Shown here piece by piece: positions 1 to 11,900 of a DNA stretch of 42,884 nucleotides. The stretch is from Phoronis australis (Eukaryota > Animalia > Phoronida). The number at the start of each line of letters is the position of its first letter. The first letter of the stretch is position 1. The notes under the pieces were generated by a model, which was not told the DNA's origin, searched no databases, and worked only from the letters and a program-made list of their open reading frames with translations. The translations under genes were made by a program, and so were the position numbers. The DNA lies in the NCBI GenBank assembly GCA_002633005.1, contig NMRA01001176.1, positions 1-42,884 of the forward strand, in the 5' to 3' direction.

Positions 1-364
1 CCGAACGATGTTGATAGAAACTGATTGCTAGAAACTTACCAAGTAATGTGTAGTCTCCGAATGGAACTGCGTAGTCATAGAGCACACACGGGGCTTCAGC
101 ATCCACACACTTTTTGTCAGTTAGTTGACCCTGTTGACCGCAATTGTCCACGAATATAGTACCCTTAGGTCTTTTGGGAATTTGTGGCCACCTGTCGAAG
201 ACTTGCACCAGGGAAATTAGCAGTAATAAGGTTTAGCGCGACGACGTATTTTGATAAAAATTCCATCTTTTACCAGTTGTTAACATGCAGACAGCTACGC
301 ATGCGCAATTCAATCACCACTAGTACAGCAGCGACACCTCGAGGAGAATTCTCCGAATAGCCCC
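1..364 (+). mobile_element. Right-end fragment of the same TIR DNA transposon family as 32098-35622
   Basis: Near-identical direct copy of about 35250-35622, ending in the same terminus GAATAGCCCC followed by AT. Confidence 0.8.
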
Positions 365-699
365 ATTACCTTCTGCACAAAAACTGGCCGCTGTCTTGAC
401 GCCATTACAACAAATGCAGATTTTAATTAATTTCACAGGCGTCGTTGCTGCCATTCATGATGCAGAAGGCATTGTTTTGGTAATTGTCTGAAATAAATAT
501 CGTTCGTGTGCTTATTTCCACTTCTTTTTTATTAATAGTATCACAGAAATTAATGGTTTCCAATCAAAAAACATCATGAAAAGGGCATATACAAGAGACC
601 GTATTTTTGGTCATGTCATTAGGGAAGGGGAACCCCCAAAGTTCGTTGTCGTGATCGGTGTTTTGCTTACTTTTAGAAACATATAATTCGCGTAGGCTA

Positions 700-1130
700 T
701 AGGGATTTTTCGTTGATAAGGCGACCCTATGGAAAAACCATGGGCGCTTATTCGAAGAATAATGCCAAACAAACGCTCAGGGGCGTTACAATATCTGGGG
801 TCAAGTGTCCAGATACTGGGCCGTTTATTCGGAAAATTTCTTCTTAAAAGCCCACTCAGCGTAAACTTTTTGTCCCAAATTCAGTTTTGTGGATTATTTA
901 TCATTCACATAAAGGAACAAGGTTTTGGCAAATTATGCATTTATTAACATAAAATTTTAAAGCAGTTTTAAGTAAAAAGTGTCAAAGTCAGCAAAACTAT
1001 GACTTTCCGTTGACACGCCCCCTTTTCCGAATAAACGCCCGGGCATTTATTTCGTGTTACTAAAACGCCTGAAAATTTCCATTTCCGAATACACGCCTAC
1101 GCCTACGGGGTTAACTACGGAAACTTCCTG
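700..1130. mobile_element. MITE, possibly Tc1/mariner-type
   Basis: Imperfect inverted ends TAGGGATTTTTCGT / ACGGAAACTTCCTG flanked by TA. Internal GGGCGYTTATTCG motifs appear inverted (CGAATAAACGCCC) near the right end. Confidence 0.45.
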
Positions 1131-3562
1131 TATCTATAAGACCAAAACGAGAATGTGAAACATAAATTGTGAATTTGATGGAACCTATGTTAGCGAGCAG
1201 TGCACAAAAACTGAAGAAACTCTCACACAACATGCAATCAATGAAAAACGCACAAAAAGACAGTCATCATCGAAATTTCCCATAGCTGGTAGTGGATAAT
1301 ATCTAGGAGCCCATTATCCCACGCAAAGACGACTTATTTCAGTTTCAATGATCTCCAAAACTGCGTTGTGTGGAGTTCTAAGGTAACTGTCAAATCAAAT
1401 CTTGTGCGCGCAAAATATGCGAGTTCTTTGAGAGGAGTCCTGTAGGTTTCAAGATTATGACAAACCTTCACGGCAAAAGTCATGTGCCGATCATATACAT
1501 GTAGCCCTGTTGTGCTTTAGGAGCCTTATTTATTTACAATTTAGTAACAGTAATACCGGACTTGTATCATTCACCGTGATAATGGTCAGAGTTTTTGACA
1601 CTAATTGTTGGCTTTAGCCAGCAACCAAGACTCTGCCTTCCATCATCGTCTATTATAGGAATAATTAATTGTGAAACAGTTTGTCGGTGTGAATTAGAGA
1701 ACATTATGTTGTACACAAATGACCCTGAAAAGAAAGATCACTAAACATATTTGTCAATCGTTTTGGTCATATTTTCTCACCATTAAAATAATTAATTATT
1801 TATCAAAGATAATTAATAGTCTTTATACAGATTTTTGTGCTTTAAATGCATTATTAGACCTCATTTTCAGTCATTGACCGATTTTGGATGATCATCAAGT
1901 GATAGAGTTTGAAAAGTACGTGCAATTCAGCCGGACGTCGATCATAATCATCTCTTTATCCAATACACAGTTGGCACTTTGACAACTTCGCAACTCTCTT
2001 ACTTACACGTCACAGCTAACAATGTCCTGGAATCTCAGTACCCTGTACTCTTTCACGTTGACAAATACGTGCGCTAAAATACTTTGGTATGGGTTTCGAA
2101 AATAATTTAAGAAAACCAGAAGGCAACAGTTTTGGAACCCAAACCCAACGATCTACATGTACGCAAACTTGGCGCTTGTTTCAGCCGATGCGTCATAAAA
2201 TATTTTCAGCACTCGCTTACATCATTTTCCTATGAAAAACAGCATATTGACCACAGTCAATGCCAGCATTTGTATAGTACAATGCCGACAATATGCCTTT
2301 GAACGTCTTTGCACTATCCGTTTCTAAAATTGAAAGTCAACATTTCAGAGTACTCTATACTGGCGCATACAAGGCTTGCTGTGAACACAGGCACACGTAT
2401 TGTCATCGACAAAAGCACACAATCTTGCCAGTGTAGAAATTATTACCGTGCGCTACTTGGTTTTATCATATAGGCAGAATACATTCCTTCTTTTGNTGTG
2501 TCTAGAGATTTGACCGAGCGTTTTCTAGATTATCACAGCTATTTAAAAACGTCCCGTTCAGCTCTCACTTGTGAAGCTTAATGTAACAAGTTGAAATAGC
2601 CCGGAATAACAGTCCTAGTTAGGAGGCAGACTGTTAGAGGATTGGTTTTAATAATGTTTTCATGTTTATAAAGGGGTGCACGAAACTATTACATTATTGT
2701 TTGAATCAAACCTGAGTAGCGTATAATGGTTGAAGGAAATCGAAGAAATGTTTGGTTGGCTTAAACCATTTAATCAGCCTTCAAAGTCAAATTAATGAGA
2801 CTGCCAATAGTCTTTAACCGAAAAAAACAAACCATGTAAACGTAGTACATCTACTCGTACGTTTCTCCAGCCGAATAACTGATAATATTTGAAAGAATGA
2901 AAGGGGTGTCCCTATATTCGGAACATCTCTTTAAAGCATGGATTTACTCAAATGGTTCGCGATAGACAGTAGGCGCACACGTCTAAATCTGGACATAGGA
3001 GTAGCTTCGAAAATAGGTACATTTGTACACACTTGCGTAACATTTAAAAATTATCCAAACGGTGTGACGTTATTTGTCAATTTTCGAATTTAGCCTCAAG
3101 TAAATTTTGGTAGTCATGCGCCCACAGACAGGTGATGAATAATTCCAGTGTCACTTCGATGACACGTTATTAGATTTTACGTAGGAATTGAATTGACGCC
3201 TAATATAATATTTCATTGTTTCTTTTCCGGCAACTGTATTGTAGCAAAATGTTCTCCGTTTTGTTAGATGTCTCCTACCACGTGACTGAGGGGAATGGAT
3301 CCTTTGATGATGTCGCATTAATTTACGTTCTTCTGAGTGCAGCTAGACTACTTGTTAATTAAAAACACATCAAACATCGCTCTTTGACTTACACTAACTT
3401 GACACTTTCTCAATCGCAATCCTGCTCAAGAAAACGAAATCGTGGTGAATACTGTTTCAAAAGAACAATGACCTCGGGGGGAATTCAGCGTTATGCGAAC
3501 GGTTATTTTGGAAGAGAGTACCCGTATTTGACGCATACCTTGAATCCCCCCTTCATTCAGAT

Positions 3563-3583
3563 ACGTGGCACAGTCTATAAATA
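3563..3583 (+). promoter_or_regulatory. TATA box with an adjacent ACGTGGCA (CREB3-like/bZIP) motif; putative promoter of the peptide gene
   Basis: TATAAATA at 3576-3583, 60 nt upstream of ATG 3636 (context ACCATGA). ACGTGGCA at 3563-3570. Confidence 0.55.
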
Positions 3584-3635
3584 CAACGCATGGTCATGTT
3601 TTGCCACTACTGGTGAACATCGAAATACTGTTACC

Positions 3636-3696
3636 ATGAGGACAGTGTGCGCTCTGATTCTCCTTGTCCTTGCAGCTGCAATCCACGCAAAACCAG
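3636..3696 (+). CDS. Secreted prepropeptide gene, exon 1 (signal peptide MRTVCALILLVLAAAIHAKP)
   Basis: Signal peptide with basic N-terminus, hydrophobic core and IHA|KP cleavage site. Phase-1 donor CAG|GTAAC at 3697. TATA box upstream. Confidence 0.85.
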
Positions 3697-4438
3697 GTAA
3701 CGAAACTTCGAGAAAGACATTGATTTTTTTTTCGTATATTTATTTCATCATTTTAAATTGTCATTTTCAATTTAATTGCACATATTTTGTATTTGTGGAA
3801 CCAATATGATGACATGGACAACTTGTGAGTGTAAGGTTTAAACTTACTGACAGTTTTGTTCGACTAGAGCGGCCGGTTTTTGTGGTCGGAGTCCTAGTGG
3901 GTAAGGACGACGACGACGACGCTGATATGGATGAGGAAGACGGAGACTACTTTGGTGATACAGGAAACGGTGATAAAACGATGATTGCAATCATTGTTAG
4001 TACCACAGTCACCGTCGTAGTTTTTTGTCATTACAAAGCTCATGATAAAATTATAGTATTGCTTCATATTATTACAGAAAATATCATTGAAGTCATTAAC
4101 AACACCTCGCCCGTCAAAAATAACATTAATTTGGTTTATATAACTTTTTGCTTGTTGTTAAAACTGGTCACAACCTTTTCCTTATACTACTGAGATGAGA
4201 AGTGAATCCCGGAATTGGGAAGATCTGGCATGTCGCTATTGCTTGAGGCTTTCCTCGCTGCATGAAGTGACCCGCCGTGTCAACTTATTGATCTTGGTCT
4301 GAAGAAAATAACGAACCATGTCGAATCACTTATCTGAATAAAGAGGAATTTGACACTGAAGATACTCGCTGTGGTGTATCGTCGATGTTACAAGGAAGCA
4401 TCAAAGTCTTCAGGCATAACATACTGTATCAGCAAAGT

Positions 4439-4775
4439 CAGTGGCAAATTAGGAGGGGGGGGGGGGGGTTAGGAATCGCGCGAATCCGAAGCGCGTAGCG
4501 CCGAGNNNNNNNNNNNNNNNNNNNNNNNNNNNNNNNNNNNNNNNNNNNNNNNNNNNNNNNNNNNNNNNNNNNNNNNNNNNNNNNNNNNNNNNNNNNNNNN
4601 GAAGCGCGTAGCGCCGAGCGGGGGGAGGTCGGGAGGTTGTTTCCCCCCTCCCGTGAAAGATTTTTTTGTTTTTGTAGCTGATTTCGTTTTTCTGGCGACA
4701 TTTTTTAAAAAGTTTTATTTTTGATCCTGTCGTGGCGGGGTTAAATCCCCTGAACCCCCCGTAGATCCGCCTCTG
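4439..4775. mobile_element. CAG(G/T)GGCGGATC-type MITE spanning an assembly gap
   Basis: Ends CAGTGGCAAATT / AGATCCGCCTCTG with 5-bp TSD AAAGT on both sides. Confidence 0.65.
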
Positions 4776-4916
4776 AAAGTGAAGAAGGGAATATAATTAA
4801 TAATATCAGCGAATAAGGGAAACATAACTATAACTGATTGTTTCAAAATAGAGTGACATGTCTTAAAATTAATTCTGACTTCATACTTTGACTTTTTCTT
4901 TTTATTGCTTCACAAG

Positions 4917-4934
4917 GTGCTCCCAGGACAAGAG
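4917..4934 (+). CDS. Secreted prepropeptide gene, 18-nt microexon 2 (GAPRTR)
   Basis: Long polypyrimidine tract and AAG acceptor (4915-4916), strong donor GAG|GTAAGA. Symmetric phase 1-1 keeps the frame. Confidence 0.65.
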
Positions 4935-6370
4935 GTAAGAAGTAATTATTTTCCTCTCTGTACATCGATGCTTTTCTAAATATATCTGATTTACTGTGGT
5001 ATATGTAGAAAATTGGTCATAAGTAAATCATGTTTTCTACCCGAAAGGTCTCGCTATATGTTGTCAATTAAGTGTAATTCACGGGAGAAACAAACTCTAA
5101 TCAGCCAATGGCGGGAAGGGAGTGTGCACGGTGGGCCAGTCAACAAGGCGCACTGAATAGTTGATGTTATTTCGCCTCCGCGAGCCCCGAGGAAGATAAT
5201 GTTACGTTTGAAACTTCATTTACCTCTAGAGATAAAGTGATACTCATTTGGGGGCAAATTTTGCCTTTTTGCAGTTTGGAAAGGGTGATGAGTTTGCGCC
5301 ACATTACTAGCTGGTCTCGACGAATGGTTCCAATCCATTTGTTGGACTAAATGTTGATTTTTGTAAGGCAACCAAGAGTCACGAACAAATTGCTTCTACG
5401 ACAAACCCCTTCCTCCACTGTGTGTAGAAAATTGAAACGAATGGCAGCAATCGTTAATAAGTAATAGTCAAGCTTCTGACTTTTAACTTATGAAACCACA
5501 TATTTCTAAAATTCTTGATGATCACAAAAGCATATTGTAAGAAAACAATTCACGAAAGTTTGTAGTCATGTGATCGTTTTTATCCCCATTTACACCGAGA
5601 TCATCTTACAGGAAACTTGCAATTTTGCTTTGGTTGATTCCCAGCCTTTATCACCCACAGGGACCGTCCTACTACCGAAGTACGGACCTTCCCTGGATGG
5701 GTGGAACGGACCTAAACATGCAAAGGGCTAGAAATAAGGACAGGCGTTCATATAAGTGCGATGGACTCGAAAAATGGGAAGGAAAGAATTTTACAGTCAT
5801 AAATTAAATGGACAAACAAGAAATGTCCGGGAAAGGACGTGTTTGTGTTGGAAAACATTATTTTTTTCACTAAAAGACGCGTCGTTTAACAAGCTTTCCG
5901 TGATATCACATGCACTACCCAGAGAGACAAAAACCCATAGGAAGAGGTCTGAACGTAGTACCCCGTTTTTTTCTTTTATTTAGACCCCGTTTTTTCTTCA
6001 GTAAGAGGTCCACATACTTAAAAATCTGAGCCCGCTGGGTGCGCGCATGTATCAGATAACGTCAACAATGGTGGGTTTTGTCAAATCGTGTACATTTTGT
6101 CCCCACAATACCCACAATATACGTCCTCTCGAAAAACTAAAAATAAAGCGGCTAAAAATGTACGTTCTGTCGACCAATAAGGAAACCTACTGATTTAAAC
6201 CGTTGAAGGAGAATACCACCCGATTTAATTAGTCTTTTTTACCGCCTTAATCGGTCTATATCCACATCACCTCTTATACGGTCGACCTCGCTTTGCCGAG
6301 AGGTGTCGCGCTAACCTGTGAAGAAGGTGACAAACGGCGCAGCGACGTCAGTGGTTCGTTTGCGGAGTGA

Positions 6371-6582
6371 ATGCCGCTATATTGCGGTGCATCGTTTCCG
6401 CTTGTCCGAACTATGAAGCTGCGAAGAAAGCGGGTATATCATTTTTTCGACTTCCTTGAGAGCCTGAAATGCTTAGGTACTGGCTCGCGGTAGTGAAGAA
6501 TGAAAGGCACGCTGTTAGTTAGAAGTATGAGGCCGTGAAACATATCCGTGTCCGTGGCCGGCATTTCGTCGACAGTGATTTC
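6371..6582 (+). pseudogene. THAP zinc-finger remnant of a transposase
   Basis: Reads MPLYCGA..CPNYEAAKKAGISFFRLP*EPEMLRYWLAVVK...HIRVRGRHFVDSDF, matching the THAP pattern (C..C.N, FFRFP, W, HF..DF) with stops and a frameshift. Confidence 0.75.
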
Positions 6583-7329
6583 TCTGACGAATTCGGCTTA
6601 CTAAAGAACTATACATACGTGCCGTTGCCTGTGCATGTTCACGGCGCCTCTCTAGTGTTTCTTGATCGGTTTATTCCGGTTCAAACTGATAGCCTGTGAA
6701 AAACAACGATCCGACCCGTGAAGTCTTTGTCAGATGAGCTCTTGACTAAGTCGGGATTGGCACCGGGCGAGTTGCCATGTAGACGTTTATTATTCTGCGT
6801 TCTGTTTCAAAATGAATTAGTCTCATCCTAACCAATGCTTATACAATGTATGAAACTGAAACAAACTGTGTCTCATTAGATATAATTTGTTATGCCTTTG
6901 CAGTATTCGTGAGCGCAAATGTTGAGAAGCCAGCAATGAATAAACCACTGTGTTACCGGCTTTTGATACCGCCAACAAAAGTAATTGACGGGGCACCGAG
7001 GCCGTGTGAGCGCATGCTAATTCAGAGTTTGATGACAGAAAGCTGTTGTGAAACAATTACTCGATTTTATATGCTATGGTCACATGTTAGGGGAATTTTT
7101 ATTTAGAAATACAAAGACTCAATTCAAATCATCGTTACTCTAAAACCTTTGCCCTGTCGGTCTATGGAAAGGGAACCCGATTTCGCGGCCCCCGACAAGT
7201 AAGTAGATTTTCAGTTTCGTGGCCAATTCACATAAATAATTACGTACACATTATTTCTTTGGCTCACTATTACAGTCTTTTCGTAACTGGAGGTTTAGTT
7301 TCAAACTCAAGCTGGTTTATGTTCGTGCC

Positions 7330-7443
7330 AGTCCCGGCGGCCGCGACGGGCCTGATCATGTTCCGAGCCACTGGCCGAGATAACGAGTCAGTCCGGACGC
7401 GCTGGGCCTGATCGGGTTCCAAGCCACTGGCCGGGATAACGAG
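7330..7443 (+). repeat. Two-copy GC-rich tandem repeat of about 57 nt
   Basis: GGGCCTGATC..GTTCC.AGCCACTGGCCG.GATAACGAG occurs twice. Confidence 0.7.
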
Positions 7444-8775
7444 CGTTTCGTGTGTTTAGAACTCAAAAAATCACAAGTGTAAACAACACAGATCTAGGTT
7501 CTCCTGAGTGTATTTCACGGAAGAATACTTCGTCTTTATCTCCAAACAGACCCCAAACTCCTGCTACGGACCTTGGTAAATTGGCCTGCCGAACTTTGTA
7601 GGCTACGGAGTGTCCAAACACCAATAAAGCCGTGACAGTGAAATAAAACAACACGTTTTTATAAGAACTCGGTGTAGTTTTAAGGGTTTTACATCGAAGT
7701 TTGATGATTTATTGGTGTTAAACGATGAATTCAGACGATAAGCTGACACCAGTAACCCGTGTTGTGAACTGCTGAATGGACTGCGCGTGAAACCAACGAC
7801 GTCACAGGATAATTTCAACACTTCAGTCTGCCGTCAGGTGTCAGGTAACACAACCGAACGTGCCGTTATCGAGTAGAACTACTCGATCTAAACTGATACA
7901 AAATGGGTTGTTTTTTGTGGCATTCTCCTTTAATGGCTATAAAATTGATCTCCACTTGTTCTCAGTAATTCACAAGTTAGCAAAGAACTGTCATTTTGTT
8001 ACTTTTTACTGCCAATTGTAACTTCTGTGTCGTCAGTGTCCAAGTCGGTGATGACTTTTTCATTGATGGACTTATCATTGTCACGTCTATTACCGTCTGA
8101 TCACTATGGGGGAAGACGTTGATAGCGGAGAACTTTCAGTTGAACGGACTGGTTCGACTTCTCGTAGCGACACCTATGGCATCGTGGGGTTGCCGTGTCG
8201 TCGGTGTCGGTGATGTCGAGTGCCAACTATTAGGCCGACAGATTCGACTGATTACTACCGTGTCGTCGATCGACTATGTCTCAACTAACTGCCTTGAAGA
8301 ACCATATAAGGTCTAAGCGCTGCCTCTTTGTCTTTTTGTTCTTTAGTGGACTAATCTACTCACATCGTCAGCTTCAGTTTATCGAGTACCTGAAATCCCT
8401 AAGATTGAATCATGGTCATTTTGGTTCATCTCTCCCCAAATACCTGTCCAATCAATTCTACACGAAGTTGTAACTGCAGTGTGTAGACACTAATCCAAAG
8501 AAGTCGTATAGCTGCAAAGTCTAGAGTAGGTACCATGCAAACATGGTCACATCGCGTGACCTGCTAGTAATTCCTTACAATTCAGAAATACAACCGCCTG
8601 ACTTGCATGTGTTTTGAAGGACTTGGCGTCCATGTTGTGGACATTTACAGTAATATGAATGATGATAACCATGTAGGACTCTGCAGGGTATCTACTGCAT
8701 GTATATACATCTCAACATCATTGCCGTATTCATTTTTCTTCTGAAACCAGGTTTTTCTTTACATTTCTTTTATAG

Positions 8776-8939
8776 CAGCTGCAAAGAATTTCGAATTACG
8801 GATTACTAAGAAAAGCGATGCCGGCATGGCTTCGGTGTATGAGTCTGAAGAAAACGCCAACGTCTTCCTGAACAGGGAAACAAGACGCTGGGGAAGTGAA
8901 GAGTTCCGAGAGTTTAGAGAAGGCTTTGGGCGTCGCTGA
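8776..8939 (+). CDS. Secreted prepropeptide gene, exon 3: gamma-carboxylase-type propeptide plus Glu-rich amidated peptide
   Basis: Polypyrimidine tract and TAG acceptor (TAGCAG tandem acceptor). Phase-1 reading gives AAAKNFELRITKKSDAGMASVYESEENANVFLNRETRRWGSEEFREFREGFGRR-stop (TGA 8937-8939). Joined CDS is 61+18+164=243 nt, 80 aa. Confidence 0.8.
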
Positions 8940-9789
8940 AATCGGAATAGATTTTGTCACCTTTCGCTGTGCTATTCATTTAATGAATGAAATAACATTA
9001 CAAAAATTACATGTACCTCAAAAATAATCTGGCAAATATTCTTGTATCATACTTGTGTGATAGTTTTGAGTTGTCTTGCCCTGGCTGTCACAAGATTTTC
9101 CAATGGAGCACACACTGTGTACTTTTAAGCAAAAATGTGTACTTGCATGCGTCATGCGCATTCAACTAAGTGCTAAATGATTATAATAGATTTAGGCATG
9201 GTTACTCAAGTGATCGTACCTTCTCGAGAATGGTCAGCAAATATTGTTCAGCTTGTTGGGCATGACAACTTTCGCCAATGAACGTCTACTCTAAAAGGAG
9301 GTGAATTATTAAGAGAATTGGAGAACCAGAAACAGAAAGGAGACAGGCGTAATGTTGACCCGGCGAAAGAAGAAAAGCACGATGTCTTCATTGACATCGG
9401 TGCTAGAGGAGGATACAGTAAGGTTTCTGGGAACGGATTTCTAGCAGGCCAAAACCATTTACCCATTAGGAAATTACTGAATCATTTCAAACTTAAGGGG
9501 ATGTTTTTGCCTCCATGAATTTCTTATCAAACCATGCCTACAGGTAAGTACTAAATGTCTACAGTTAACTATCAGAACAACTCTACGCACTACGAGTGCA
9601 GAATCAAAGCAGAACCGTTACAACTCTTGGCATCCATATGGGTGATCATTTGGGAGGATCTGTGTGCCTACTAGTATTAATCTCGAGTGCTTTCAACTGG
9701 AGCATAGATAGTTTGGGCACTGATTCACTAATTATTTAGTGAAAAAGAGTGAACATACAATCACAAACTGGTGTCATATGTTAGCAAAA

Positions 9790-11900
9790 ATGTTATGCAA
9801 AATTCCATTTTTGCGTACAATTTCCTTACGAAGCACTGCAGTCAGATAATTTTGACGTTTTACCCATGTTTCTATGGTCAACAAATTTTATAGTGCAAGT
9901 TTTTAGGTGAATACATTGTCAATTTGCATAATTTATGCAAATTAAGACCGCATTTATACACAATTCTGTTTTTGTTTATAATTTCCTTACCAGGCACTTC
10001 AGGCAGGTCATTTTGATGCTTTGAACCATGTTTCCATGGTCAATGAATTTAATAGTGAAAGTTTTTGGGTGCATACATCGTCAATTTGCATAATTTATGC
10101 AAATTAAGGCCGTCATTATTCAAAATTTTACTTGTTCTAATAGCTATGGAACCAATCATCACAGGTGAATTATCATTATTGCACCTATGTTTCTATGGTC
10201 AATTAGTTAAATTGACACCAGTTTGCATGTTGCTGCATGATAAATTTGCATAATTAATGCAAATTAAGGCCACCATTATTCAAAATTATTTGTTGCTTAA
10301 AGCTCCCTTACCAAGCACTGCACCCATGCTTCCATGGATCGTGAATTTAATGGACCTCCTTTGCTTGTGGATGCATGGTGAATTTGCTTAATATATGAAT
10401 AATATATGCAAATTAAGGCCGCCATTATTCAAAATTCTTCTTTTTCTTGTAGCTAAAGTACCGGGCACACCAAGAAATCTATTTTAACGTCTTTACCCAT
10501 GTTTCTGTGAAATCGGTTTGCAAGTTGTTGCATGATGAATTTTCATATTTTATGCAAATAATGGACACCACTATTCCAAGTACTGTCTCTGCTCTTAATC
10601 TCCATACGGGTGTTACATGTAGATTATTTTCGAATTTATCCCATGGTTGTGATAATTTAAGCAAATTACAGTTGCCATATTCAAAATTCTACTTGTGCTT
10701 ATAAGTGCTCTATCAGACACCAGAGGTTAATTATAAATATTTAAACCCATATTTCCGTAGTTAATGAATTTACCTGTTATGGAATGAAGAGAATCAGGAA
10801 GATGTCAGGAATGAGACTACTGGTCTGGGGAAGAGAAATAGCAAGAAATATATGTCCGCCCCCAAATTGTCACCAACAACAAAGGCATTCAAAGAGAATG
10901 TAAACGTAAACAGATCCCATTACCAGTAAGTCATGTGGTGGAATGTCACCTATTGCATAGTAGTGATGATTAGGTGTGACTGCAAAGGTCATATTTCACG
11001 AAATTCAAGTAGATACAATTGAAAAGCCAATTTTCTACCCCGCACAATATTTTGGACACATTATTAGTAGTGTGTTCACGTTCCGAGTGTTGAATTAGCA
11101 TTTGAAACGTCTTGTGACTGGTCTCCATTCGATAGGTTATTGTCCTGGGTTTATGCAATTAAACAATTTAGTCATCTACTACTGCATATACCCTGGGTAT
11201 CAGACAAAATTAGACATAGTAATGTAGTATGATAAATAATTATTATTTATATTTATGATGTAATAACAGATTACATTAAATTCATCAGTGAAAATACCAA
11301 AATAATTTACATGTGGTGCCCCCCGTAAGAAAGTTACGAGCAGAAACAGAACTTTTGATAATGGCTGCCTTTTTCTACATAAATTATGCTAATTTATTGT
11401 GCAATTTGCAAACTGATTTCATTTACCTAATTGACCATAGGAACATAGGTTAAAATATCATGAGAGTTTACTTGTGGTGCTTGGTGCAGCAGCTATAAGC
11501 ACAAGTAGCTATATGCACAAGTAAAATTCTGAATAAAAGCGCCCTTAATTTGCATTAGTTCTGCAAATTTGCATTAATTATGCAACTTTATCCTGCAACA
11601 ACATGCAAAGCGATTTCATTAAACTAATTGACTAAAAGAATATAGGTGCAAATATCATGATAGTTCGTCTGGAGTGCCTGGTAGAGTAGCTATAAGCACA
11701 AAAAAATTTTGAATAATGGCGGCCTTAATTTGCAAAAAGTATGCAAATTGACAATGTATTCACCTAAAACTTGCATTATTAAATTTGTTGACCATGAAAA
11801 CATGGGTAAACGTCAAAATCATCGGGCTGCAGTGCTTGATAAGGAAATTATAAGCAAAAATAGAATTTTACATAATCGCAACCTTAATTTGCATATTTAA
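9790..11900. repeat. Large foldback built from tandem units of about 170-180 bp
   Basis: Left arm repeats TTGCATAATTTATGCAAATTAAGGCCGCCATTATTCAAAATT-like units. About 11370-11900 carries their reverse complement, e.g. about 9820-9950 versus 11720-11860. Confidence 0.75.

Larger units (their letters stand above)
6207..7929 (+). mobile_element. Decayed Kolobok-like DNA transposon in intron 2 of the peptide gene
   Basis: TIRs AGGAGAATACCAC / GTGGCATTCTCCT with TTGA / TTAA flanks (TTAA TSD is typical of Kolobok). THAP remnant inside. Confidence 0.7.

Noticed and set aside
3384-3809. 141-aa ORF-track call
   Set aside because: Non-ATG start that runs through the promoter and into the intron. Only 3636-3696 is plausible coding sequence.
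3825-4193. 122-aa ORF with an acidic run (DDDDDADMDEEDGD) in intron 1, as a possible extra exon
   Set aside because: The nearest acceptor (about 3853) read in phase 1 hits a stop at once, and the acidic frame is not phase-compatible there. No recognisable homology.
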